From positions 1-11,677 of IMG/VR virus record IMGVR_UViG_2681813234_000006: a DNA stretch of 11,677 bases. One strand, 5' to 3'. Position 1 is the first letter of the stretch. Each line of letters opens with the position of its first letter. The notes under the pieces were generated by a model, which saw nothing but the letters and a program-made list of their open reading frames with translations, made no database searches and had not been told where the DNA came from. This document shows positions 1 through 7,825 of this stretch, one piece after another. Source of the DNA: a virus. Taxonomy: Duplodnaviria > Heunggongvirae > Uroviricota > Caudoviricetes. The position numbers were made by a program, and so were the translations under genes.

Positions 1-254
1 CCGTCGCCCCGCCGAGCGCCACAGCAGTGCTGGAACCGGATAAGGGTTCAGACATATTTATTCTCCTGTAAATAAAAAGGACCATCAGCGGCCCCGTAAC
101 TGACATTTTATTAACGTTTGAAGATATGGATATTTATCAGGGTTTACCGTTTTCTGAACCCTGGATATGTTAAGCATTCAGCCCGCCAGTGGTGGGACGC
201 TGGCTCATCATAGAGAAAGAGGGATGGCTGATTACCTCTGATCAGGGAAATCAC

Positions 255-524
255 ATGCAGTTTTTACATAAAAGAATGCATTTAAATGCAGGAGATACGG
301 TAGTGGTTGACTGCTCTCATCAGTGCAATATTTTGCTGATGACAGATACAAACTTTAATAACTACCGCAACGCAAGAAGCTTTCATCATCACGGTGGTGG
401 CGGTTTTTTTCAGAGATTACCGGCCCACCTTCATGTACCGCATTCAGGTTACTGGAATATTACAATTGATTTAGGAGGCGGAAGTGCAGCTATTCGGCAC
501 TCCATTTCCGTCATCCCAGCATAG
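255..524 (+). CDS. Hypothetical small protein, possibly DUF1883-like (family name from memory only)
   Basis: ATG at 255-257 preceded by AGGGA (243-250). The track ORF starts at 189 but has no obvious RBS. Translation has a GGGGFF motif and a conserved-looking Cys/His pattern. Only sizeable plus-strand ORF not antisense to a better minus-strand gene. Confidence 0.35.
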   Translation: MQFLHKRMHLNAGDTVVVDCSHQCNILLMTDTNFNNYRNARSFHHHGGGGFFQRLPAHLHVPHSGYWNITIDLGGGSAAIRHSISVIPA

Positions 525-835
525 CAACTCGCCTTTAGCCTGAGTAAATGCGTCCTCAAGGACGGCAACGAGTCGCAGTTGCGTGCCGTCCTTTACACAG
601 CGTGTGCAGGCAATACCTTCAGAACTTTCATTATGCCGAGCTCATACAATTTCACCATTTTGTTCAACTACAACGCTCATAATTTTCTTACACTTTTTTA
701 ATAAACCACACCAATAACAACCATCACCGATACCTTTTGTATGCTGTTATTTTGCATTACGGTGTAACGGCAAGAGCCCCCTCCCCGCCCTGAAAGGCTC
801 TGTGTTTTTGATGTGCGCCTGATGTGGCTCAGATA

Positions 836-859
836 CAAAAAAGCTCGCAGTAGCGAGCT
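836..859 (-). terminator. Rho-independent terminator downstream of the 883..1161 gene
   Basis: 7-bp stem agctcgc (842-848) / gcgagct (853-859) with 4-nt loop agta; on the minus strand the hairpin is followed by a run of 7 U (plus-strand A-run 835-841). Confidence 0.55.
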
Positions 860-882
860 AACAGAAAATATGAAGCATGTTT

Positions 883-1161
883 TTATCCACGAAGTATGAC
901 GTTGAATTCATCCATACCGACACGGCTGGCTATCTCGTTGTATTCCTCAACAAGAGCCAGCAATTCTGAATTAGCAGCCATGAACTCTTCAAAAACCTTA
1001 TGGATGGCATCACTGTTTAATAAAACAATGTTCTTTCCTGAAAGGCGATCAGGGGTAGAAAATATAACTGTCAAACGACTAAAGGCCCTGGCTCGTTCAG
1101 CATTAACATCCTCAATACGCTGCAACAAGCTGGAGCACCTGGAAATATCATCAATATTCAC
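883..1161 (-). CDS. Hypothetical 92-aa protein, function unknown
   Basis: GTG start (complement of cac at 1159-1161) preceded by AGGAG about 5 nt upstream on the minus strand; soluble, non-repetitive translation; terminator immediately downstream. Confidence 0.45.
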   Translation of the reverse strand: MNIDDISRCSSLLQRIEDVNAERARAFSRLTVIFSTPDRLSGKNIVLLNSDAIHKVFEEFMAANSELLALVEEYNEIASRVGMDEFNVILRG

Positions 1162-1450
1162 TCTACTCCTGCCATCTGGATGATAATCATTTCACGGAGA
1201 GAAGCACTCAGAAGTACCACTGAAGTATAGCTGGTGACCAGCTACTTACACATCTATTGCCATCCTGCTGATGATAAGTCGACATTAGCCCTTCTGTCTA
1301 TAAACGAAACAAAGGATAAGTTCAGGTTTTAAACACACTGCCAGGATAAAGTATTGTATACAGTATAGAAGAGCGTTATTGAATGACATAAAAAACCAGA
1401 CCTAATCCCTTATCCGGAAGATATATCAAATAAACGGGGAAAATGTATTA

Positions 1451-1517
1451 AGATGGCGTTCCTATTCTCTCCATCCCTGATGTCCACGTAACTCGTTATA
1501 GAATCAGAACGCCATCT
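1451..1517. repeat. Imperfect 18-bp inverted repeat (16/18 match) separated by 31 nt, inside a ~500-bp non-coding gap
   Basis: agatggcgttcctattct (1451-1468) versus agaatcagaacgccatct (1500-1517); the reverse complement of the second arm differs from the first at 2 positions. Confidence 0.4.
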
Positions 1518-1679
1518 GAATACACACAAAAAAGCTGGCTTCACACCCTCCAGATGTGTGAACGCAGTACCCGACCACGTGCTTTCGCAACCAGCACAAA
1601 TCATTTTAAAGCATCGAAAAACGATCAGAATATATCAGAACTTCCTAGCATCCTGCTTGGCTTAGATATTAATCGAGGA

Positions 1680-2765
1680 TTAGCTCCTGTTCTTATCTAA
1701 TTGTGCATTTCGCAATTTATCGTTCAGCACCAATATTTCACCAACTGTTTGTTCAAAACGCCCGGACTCAAGTTCAACCCCAATCGTGCGACGCCCCAAT
1801 CCCATTGCTGCTTTTATTGTTGCCCCCGATCCCATAAAAAAATCCGCAACCACATCCCCCGGACGACTGCTGGCAGAAATTATCTGACGCAACATATCCG
1901 CCGGTTTTTCGCAGGGATGCTTACCCGGATAATACTGCACGGGCTTATGCGTCCAGACGTCCGTATAAGGAACGGCGGCCGATACAGAAAAATAACGCCG
2001 CAGAGATTTGTATTCCTCAAGCAGACTGGCATATTGCCGGTTCAGTTCACTGTATGTGCTGACCAGTTGCTGGTGTGGCGTTGCCAGCTCCCCACGCTGG
2101 TGCTTTTCTTCTGCAACACACGCGAACAGCGCCTGCAGTTTTCTGTAATCAGCTTCGTTCGGTAACTGCCACTGACAGGTACCAAACCAGTGCGACACCA
2201 TGTTTTTCTTTCCGGTGGCTTCCGCTATCTGTTTGGACGTTATCCCCAGTGATTCACGCGCATCACGGAAGTAAGAAATCAGCGGGGCCATGACGTGTTG
2301 TTTAAGCTCGCGCTCCTTTGCCGCATAGCCATCATTTTTTGGCTGGTATGGCCCCTGATAATGTTCGGCAAACAGAATGCGCTCTGTTGCCGGGAAATAC
2401 GCCCGCAGGCTTTCTTTGTTGCACCCGTTCCAGCGTCCGGATGGCTTCGCCCAGATAATGTGGTTCAGCACATTAAAGCGCTCACGCATCATGATTTCGG
2501 TGTCAGATGCCAGGCGATGACCACAGAACAGGTAGAGACTTCCGGCAGGTTTCAGTACCCGCCAGAACTGAGCCAGACACTGATCCAGCCATTTCAGGTA
2601 ATCATCGTCGCCCTTCCACTGGTTATCCCAGCCCTCGGGCTTCACTTTAAAGTATGGCGGGTCTGTGACTATCAGATCGACAGAGTTTTCCGGTAAGGTC
2701 TGGATAAATTCCAGGCAATCAGCGTTGATTAACTCACAACTGGATATTTTTACAGTATCAACCAT
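1680..2765 (-). CDS. DNA N6-adenine / N4-cytosine methyltransferase, beta class (motif IV precedes motif I), orphan
   Basis: N-terminal SVDLIVTDPPYF (catalytic motif IV, DPPY) and C-terminal GDVVADFFMGSGATIKAAMGLGRRTIGVE (AdoMet-binding motif I); ATG at 2763-2765; no restriction endonuclease candidate adjacent. Confidence 0.9.
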   Translation of the reverse strand: MVDTVKISSCELINADCLEFIQTLPENSVDLIVTDPPYFKVKPEGWDNQWKGDDDYLKWLDQCLAQFWRVLKPAGSLYLFCGHRLASDTEIMMRERFNVLNHIIWAKPSGRWNGCNKESLRAYFPATERILFAEHYQGPYQPKNDGYAAKERELKQHVMAPLISYFRDARESLGITSKQIAEATGKKNMVSHWFGTCQWQLPNEADYRKLQALFACVAEEKHQRGELATPHQQLVSTYSELNRQYASLLEEYKSLRRYFSVSAAVPYTDVWTHKPVQYYPGKHPCEKPADMLRQIISASSRPGDVVADFFMGSGATIKAAMGLGRRTIGVELESGRFEQTVGEILVLNDKLRNAQLDKNRS

Positions 2766-2915
2766 AGATCAATAAGCACTTCTCTGATAGGCTCATACCG
2801 CTTTTGCGCAAAGCAGATGGGCCTGAGGTTTGCTTGTGACCCTAACGCATGAGCAGATGGCTGGCAGGTGCCGCTAACACCCACCAGCCGCCCATTACCA
2901 CAAATGAAAAAACCT

Positions 2916-3113
2916 TCACTGCGGAAGGCGTCTGTAACAACCGAACTGATAATCTGCCAGACCCGCCATAACAAGCTGGGTCAGTATTAACTGACAGCGT
3001 TCGCGTGAAAGGTAAGTATTCTGCGCAATTTCCCCAACTGTTGCCGGTTCAGTGACGCTTAATTCATTAAACACCACTCTGGCTGTTTCGGTCATATCCT
3101 GCTGTTTTAGCAT
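2916..3113 (-). CDS. Small (65 aa) putative winged-helix DNA-binding protein, possibly PapI/FaeA-like
   Basis: ATG at 3111-3113 (alternative ATG at 3093-3095); segment TVGEIAQNTYLSRERCQLILTQLVMAGLA matches the spacing and hydrophobic pattern of the PapI helix-turn-helix ([28 protein letters not shown], recalled from memory). Confidence 0.4.
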   Translation of the reverse strand: MLKQQDMTETARVVFNELSVTEPATVGEIAQNTYLSRERCQLILTQLVMAGLADYQFGCYRRLPQ

Positions 3114-3286
3114 GTCTTTTTCTCTTTATTGGTTAACGTGACATACCAATAACTCTTGTCGAAAAAGCCAGCAAGCTGAAAGACCGGTATTAATAACCAC
3201 CTGCACATTTTATGTACCGAACCATTTTTCTGGCATAAAAAACCTCTCAATGGCGGGCGGTAAAAATCTTTGTTACTCAAGAAATT

Positions 3287-4000
3287 TTAACGCACTCTGA
3301 CTGTATTAATTTCAAAATCATTAATATTTCCGCTATTAAATATAACGAATTTCTTACCCCCACTCCTGTATGATTTCGATAACACCAGACGATCATCATA
3401 ACGCGCAATAATGTAATACCATACATTCTCATAGTGGATCGCCTGATATTCCCTCTTAAACTGTGGTTTGTACCAACCGGCAATAAGAGAGAATGCCCAG
3501 AAATAAATCATAAACCCAGCCATCATGAACTCAATTCGGTGATGACGAATAAAAGACATTTCCGAAAAACATTTGACTGAAACAAGTCTTCTTCCAAACC
3601 TGACAAAAAGCGTGATTGTAAAGGCAGCAAGAATGCAGAAAATCAGTACATCTGGCTCAACATGCTGATGAATTACCGAAAACTCCAGAACAGGTGGAAT
3701 AAAAAGCAGCAATATCGCGAGAAAAAGCCGGATAAAACTCAAATTTTGTATATTGCGCTTTTGTTTTATGCCCAAAAAGAAAACAATACCAACTCCCCAT
3801 CCAATAAGGAATATAACGATAACTGTCACAGCATAAAACAAACTTCGTGCTACATCATCGACACCAGCCCCGACAACCCACCATGGAAAGCCATAGTAAA
3901 ATGAAGTACCCCATCCATAGAAATAAGCGCTTCCCCATCCTAGACAGCCCATATAAGCAACAAAAAGTGAAGAGTTTCTGAGCAGAGCACTGTCATCCAT
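3287..4000 (-). CDS. Polytopic inner-membrane protein of unknown function, AT-rich, first gene after the late promoter/terminator (moron position)
   Basis: 237 aa; about 5 hydrophobic segments rich in aromatic and Gly residues (e.g. GWGSAYFYGWGTSFYYGFPWWVVGAG, AVTVIVIFLIGWGVGIVFFLGI); short hydrophilic C-terminal domain; codon usage visibly AT-biased compared with flanking genes. Confidence 0.7.
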   Translation of the reverse strand: MDDSALLRNSSLFVAYMGCLGWGSAYFYGWGTSFYYGFPWWVVGAGVDDVARSLFYAVTVIVIFLIGWGVGIVFFLGIKQKRNIQNLSFIRLFLAILLLFIPPVLEFSVIHQHVEPDVLIFCILAAFTITLFVRFGRRLVSVKCFSEMSFIRHHRIEFMMAGFMIYFWAFSLIAGWYKPQFKREYQAIHYENVWYYIIARYDDRLVLSKSYRSGGKKFVIFNSGNINDFEINTVRVR

Positions 4001-4141
4001 AGTAACACCATTAACAACTCAAAAATATCAACACATATTACATAACAAATTGGATTCCATGCAGTCAAGGGGCGTCATTGATGGAGAAAGTATTGGCACA
4101 ATCATCATCACGTTTAATGTCTATGCCATTTTTTTGGGGAT

Positions 4142-4166
4142 AAAAAAAACCCGCTCGGTCACGGGT
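4142..4166 (-). terminator. Rho-independent terminator downstream of Q (tR'-like)
   Basis: Stem aacccg (4149-4154) / cgggtt (4163-4168) with 8-nt loop; on the minus strand the hairpin is followed by a run of 8 U (plus-strand A-run 4142-4149). Confidence 0.5.
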
Positions 4167-4219
4167 TTTACTAGCTTTGCCATCACGTATAAAAACGGCA
4201 AAATATCAGATTCACACGA

Positions 4220-4248
4220 AATATATGCCTTTTTATCTACTTTTGCAA
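4220..4248 (-). promoter_or_regulatory. Sigma70-type promoter immediately after the Q stop codon (pR'-like late promoter, probable qut region)
   Basis: On the minus strand: -35 TTGCAA (4248->4243), 17-nt spacer, -10 TATATT (4225->4220); sits between the Q stop (4256-4258) and the terminator at 4142-4166. Confidence 0.45.
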
Positions 4249-4255
4249 TACTTTG

Positions 4256-4921
4256 CTATGAAAATGCCGCCTTTTGTTTTGAACGTGTTCCCTCCACCAA
4301 CAATAAAGCTTCACCATCCAGCCGATGAAAAATGTGTTTCATTGCAACCCAGTGACCAGTAAATGTCTTGGACCAGTTTTTGGTTGTTACTCCCACCAGT
4401 AACGCCAGTTCCTGGTATTCGTAACCTTCCCCACCAAAAAGCTCAGCTTTTACCGCCTGCGCCGCCAACCAGATCAACGTCTTCAGGCGCACCAGCGTTT
4501 TTCCTGCAATTTTTCTGGTACCGGATTGAGCATTAAATTCAGTCCACGCCCACTGCGTTATCGCGATCTGATGCTCCCAGCAAATGCTACCGCTGTAACA
4601 CCACAGCAGCCAGGCTTTATGATGTTCTTCAAGAGACAGAACGGCGCGTCGCCATGATGATGTCGAAAACTCAACCGGACTGACCAGGGCAATTGATGAA
4701 CCTTTCGCCAGCGATTGCTTTCCCGGGATCGGTGGATTATCCAGCGTTACTATTTTTCCAGTGACCTTATCGCGGTACCGGATTTTTTTACGTCTGTAAC
4801 GCCCTGTATTGAACATGGCATTCTCCTGCCAGGCTTCAAGCTGACCTTTTGTTGCTCCACTCAAATCAGCGGTGGCGATCGTGAGCTGCTCACGCACAAA
4901 CTGTAAATACTGGTTATTCAT
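4256..4921 (-). CDS. Q-like late-gene antitermination protein
   Basis: Position directly downstream of rusA and upstream of a promoter/terminator pair, as in lambdoid phages. Track ORF begins at GTG 4927; the ATG at 4919-4921 forms an ATGA overlap with the rusA stop (4918-4920). Family assignment is by context and overall resemblance, not by a recognised motif. Confidence 0.6.
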   Translation of the reverse strand: MNNQYLQFVREQLTIATADLSGATKGQLEAWQENAMFNTGRYRRKKIRYRDKVTGKIVTLDNPPIPGKQSLAKGSSIALVSPVEFSTSSWRRAVLSLEEHHKAWLLWCYSGSICWEHQIAITQWAWTEFNAQSGTRKIAGKTLVRLKTLIWLAAQAVKAELFGGEGYEYQELALLVGVTTKNWSKTFTGHWVAMKHIFHRLDGEALLLVEGTRSKQKAAFS

Positions 4922-5277
4922 GCGCACTCCAGTTCTGTGATTTTTATCCCCAGCCGACCACCGGGAATAACCTGACCGCGCATAATATTAACTTCATCAA
5001 ACTGCTCATCGTCGATAATCAGTCCCGCATGTGTCAGTACATCCAGTGGTGCTTTCAGAATATTGTCCAGGTCACGACGGCGCTTATCCGGCGGCTCTGC
5101 AATAATTTTTATTGCCAGCCTTCCGGACAGATTTAATTTCAGTCGCTGCTGGCGAACAATAAGCGCCACATCCCGGCGATAACGCTCCCCTGCTTTTGAT
5201 ACAAAATATGTGCTGCCACGACGACGCCAGTAGGTATTCACCGTCGGCGGGTAAGGCAAAACAAATTCTATCCCCAT
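4918..5277 (-). CDS. rusA: Crossover junction endodeoxyribonuclease RusA (Holliday junction resolvase)
   Basis: 119 aa; clear similarity to E. coli RusA along the whole length ([11 protein letters not shown] versus [40 protein letters not shown] versus [40 protein letters not shown] versus GGRLELTITEM); ATG at 5275-5277 with AGAGG RBS. Confidence 0.9.
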   Translation of the reverse strand: [119 protein letters not shown]

Positions 5278-5289
5278 CAGTAACCTCTT

Positions 5290-6339
5290 TTATCCAAGCA
5301 CGCCGGTTGCAAAGGCGTGATCAAGAAAACGAAAAATTAAATCAACCTGAGAACCATGCTTTTCTTCGAACGCCAACGGATCTGCATGAAGCTCGTTATG
5401 ATGTTTACGACACAACGGTAACGTAAAAATATCGTGGGCCTTTGTTCCCATTCCACCCTGACCGTGACCAATCAGGTGATGGGGGTCGTCGGCTGGTTGA
5501 CCACAACACGCACACGGCTGTGTCTTCACCCAGCGCGTATATTTCTCATTTACCCAACGGCGACGTTTAGGTCGCCTCATGAAAGATTCAGGAGACTCCG
5601 GATCAACGGTAATGCTGACCACCGTCTTTTCCTGTGGCGGGATTTGTTGCTGGTGGACATGAGGCAACGGCGCAAGATTTTTTGTGCGCTGCTTCAGTAT
5701 GCTGGTGGCGCTCTGCTCTCCCGGTACGATGTCACTTTCGCGATACACCGAGTGGATTTTTTCCGCACGTAATCCCAGAGAGCGACGTAATACTGCCTCC
5801 GGTAACGCGTCCGCCACCTGATTGCAGACCGCCCACCAGGATAATTCAGCCAGCGATAATTCCCGCTCTTGTGTGCCATTCATTGCGTGACGTATGACGT
5901 CAATCATCCAGGCTGACAGATTCTGCTGAGCAAGTTGCTCCAGTGAATCAGATGTCTGCTCCCGCAGCTGGTTGTCGCAGTGCCAGCACAACACCATCGC
6001 GCCAGTACCGTAACGATGTATGACGGTTTCGCTGTGATGATAATCGCCGTGTGGCCACTGGCAGGATTTCACGTGACGTAATAACCAGTCAGACAGAGCG
6101 CCTGCACCACCTACAGCACGGATCACCCGCTCATCGCTGAAAAATGGCAGTAACGATTTGTCTTGCGCCAGCGGCTGGCGAACAGCGGGAACCTCTCCTG
6201 ATGGCAGCGCCCGCATGTTTTTCGGTTCCGGCTCCACCAACACCCGGGTATTGTAAAATACCGGCATGGATTCACGGCCCGGATTAAGGACCACCAGCCC
6301 GAGTTCCGGTACCAGAACAGGTCGAAGTAATACCCGCAC
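5290..6339 (-). CDS. DUF968-like phage protein with C-terminal Cys/His (HNH-like zinc-binding) motif; resembles K-12 Qin YdfU by recollection
   Basis: 349 aa; C-terminus QPCACCGQPADDPHHLIGHGQGGMGTKAHDIFTLPLCRKHHNELH; GTG start at 6337-6339 with GGAGG 5 nt upstream; 1-nt gap to the upstream gene stop. Confidence 0.7.
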   Translation of the reverse strand: MRVLLRPVLVPELGLVVLNPGRESMPVFYNTRVLVEPEPKNMRALPSGEVPAVRQPLAQDKSLLPFFSDERVIRAVGGAGALSDWLLRHVKSCQWPHGDYHHSETVIHRYGTGAMVLCWHCDNQLREQTSDSLEQLAQQNLSAWMIDVIRHAMNGTQERELSLAELSWWAVCNQVADALPEAVLRRSLGLRAEKIHSVYRESDIVPGEQSATSILKQRTKNLAPLPHVHQQQIPPQEKTVVSITVDPESPESFMRRPKRRRWVNEKYTRWVKTQPCACCGQPADDPHHLIGHGQGGMGTKAHDIFTLPLCRKHHNELHADPLAFEEKHGSQVDLIFRFLDHAFATGVLG

Positions 6340-6340
6340 G

Positions 6341-6619
6341 TTACCTCCAGATACGTTGCTGGTATGTGCGGGATGGACGCGGTGGACGTTCGGAATAAGG
6401 GAGCCTGACAGAGATTATCCAGTGACGATAATCGAGGCTGAGGGCTTTCTTAACCTCGTATCCGCGCCTGCCGTAACACTGAATCAGCCATTCGGCCTGT
6501 TCTTCAGTGCATGGGGGATGCTGGTACCAGTCAGATTTGAATACATGAGAACGCCGCCCGTGCCTGCTGGCAGGGGCGGCAGAGTTATCCGAATTGTAAA
6601 ATCTGGTATCGTGCGCCAT
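6341..6619 (-). CDS. Hypothetical 92-aa phage protein (occupies the slot of rem in K-12 Qin by synteny; identity not verified)
   Basis: ATG at 6617-6619 (MAHDTRFYNSD...). The longer track ORF begins at a TTG inside the terminator hairpin and is unlikely. Tightly coupled to the DUF968-like gene. Confidence 0.5.
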   Translation of the reverse strand: MAHDTRFYNSDNSAAPASRHGRRSHVFKSDWYQHPPCTEEQAEWLIQCYGRRGYEVKKALSLDYRHWIISVRLPYSERPPRPSRTYQQRIWR

Positions 6620-6691
6620 CAGTTTTCTCTGCTGACGCAGCAGGTGCCAGTTGTTCAGGCTGGCATGTGGATTGTAAACCAGGATGCTCAG

Positions 6692-6717
6692 AAAAAACAA
6701 AACCCGCCGTAGCGGGT
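6692..6717 (-). terminator. Rho-independent terminator downstream of the XRE-ImmA gene
   Basis: Stem acccgc (6702-6707) / gcgggt (6712-6717) with 4-nt loop cgta; on the minus strand followed by UUUUGUUUUUU (plus-strand A-tract 6692-6701). Confidence 0.6.
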
Positions 6718-6721
6718 ATGC

Positions 6722-7825
6722 TCAAACAATCTGAAAAATATTTCTTGGATTTGTAATAGGTCGATTGATGGAGAACAACTCACGAATTAAATCTTGACTC
6801 AAGCCAGTTTTCATAAGAATTCTTAACCAAGTTGCATCATCCAGCATATCAATCGCTTCGGACAGCATACTTGGTTCTTCGGGGCGCAAAAGTTCATCAC
6901 CTGGTTCAACTCTCGTGTACCCTCTAGAATTAAGATGCATATAGCCAGTTCTTGCCTGTTCCTGGGTCAATAGTCCTAATGCACTGGCTCGATAAATACA
7001 CATTTTAAGGCTAATTTTCCATCTAAGCTTAAATTCAACCAGAGCACTCCAATCGAATTGCTTACCTCGTATTCGTGGAAATTCTTTAATGAAAGATAGC
7101 CTAGGAACCAATAAGGCGCTAGAAAAGTGATCAGCTTGTGATTCCGTAAGTTTATCACCAGTAGTTATGCCCTCATGCATTACTAAATGCCCTAACTCAT
7201 GACCTAAATCAGAGCGAAATCTACATATGCTTTTTTTTACATTGTTCCTGATAATAACAGGCCTGTTATTGTGAACAGTGAATGCATCAACACGATCATC
7301 GACTCCCGTAACATGCGCAACGATTACCCCCAAACTCTCCGCCAATTTCACCATTGATGATATAGGACCAAGACCTAGATTCCATGCACGGCGACAATCT
7401 TCTGCCACTCGCTCAATATCATTCGGGGTAAGTAATTCGGTTCCTGGGTGCTCTGGTATGTTGACATCAGGGAATTCGATTTCACCTTCAACAGCAGAAA
7501 TTATAATATTAAGAATCTCAGCCCTGGCCAAGACACTATTAGTCAGCGTTTGAGTCCTAGACTTCTTACTCCGAAAATGGCAAACATCGCTTTCCAGAGC
7601 ATATTTTCGCTCAGTAAATAGAAAATCGGACTTAATCATAAGAGCTGAGGCTATTAACTCCAGGCATTGCTCTGATGGCCTAAATCCCTTCTCCAATTTG
7701 CTAACGAATTGCTTTGTTTTGCCAATTTTTTCGGCCAACTCTTCACATGAAAGCCCAACAGCCATTCTTGCTAGTTTGAGCTTATCGCCTCGATACTCAG
7801 TGAAGTTATTCACCTGATGTTCCAT
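6722..7825 (-). CDS. Fusion protein: N-terminal XRE-family helix-turn-helix + ImmA/IrrE-type (M78/COG2856) zinc metallopeptidase
   Basis: 367 aa; N-terminal GDKLKLARMAVGLSCEELAEKIGKTKQFVSKLEKG (XRE HTH pattern); central HExxH motif in SDLGHELGHLVMHEG; ATG at 7823-7825; overlaps the upstream gene by 20 nt; AT-rich. Confidence 0.85.
   Translation of the reverse strand: MEHQVNNFTEYRGDKLKLARMAVGLSCEELAEKIGKTKQFVSKLEKGFRPSEQCLELIASALMIKSDFLFTERKYALESDVCHFRSKKSRTQTLTNSVLARAEILNIIISAVEGEIEFPDVNIPEHPGTELLTPNDIERVAEDCRRAWNLGLGPISSMVKLAESLGVIVAHVTGVDDRVDAFTVHNNRPVIIRNNVKKSICRFRSDLGHELGHLVMHEGITTGDKLTESQADHFSSALLVPRLSFIKEFPRIRGKQFDWSALVEFKLRWKISLKMCIYRASALGLLTQEQARTGYMHLNSRGYTRVEPGDELLRPEEPSMLSEAIDMLDDATWLRILMKTGLSQDLIRELFSINRPITNPRNIFQIV

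Noticed and set aside
896-1183. Plus-strand ORF antisense to the 883..1161 gene
   Set aside because: Ser/Thr/Leu-rich low-complexity translation and no RBS; the minus-strand frame has a GTG start with AGGAG and a terminator, so it is preferred.
1410-1604. 64-aa minus-strand ORF in the non-coding gap
   Set aside because: No Shine-Dalgarno sequence; translation is Cys/Trp/Arg-rich and spans the inverted repeat; more likely non-coding.
1701-2696. Plus-strand ORFs 1701..2165, 2075..2293 and 2295..2696
   Set aside because: All lie antisense within the well-supported methyltransferase gene, have Cys/Arg-rich low-complexity translations and no RBS; they look like shadow ORFs.
3277-4362. Small ORFs 3277..3483 (-), 3662..3904 (+), 4050..4328 (+) and 4177..4362 (+)
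   Set aside because: They overlap the membrane-protein gene, the late promoter/terminator region or Q in alternative frames; AT-rich sequence produces long spurious open frames, and none has a convincing RBS.
5434-5897. ORFs 5434..5772 (+), 5634..5897 (+) and 5694..5879 (-) inside the DUF968-like gene
   Set aside because: Antisense or out-of-frame shadows of the 349-aa gene; Arg/Pro-rich translations typical of the wrong frame in GC-rich coding DNA.
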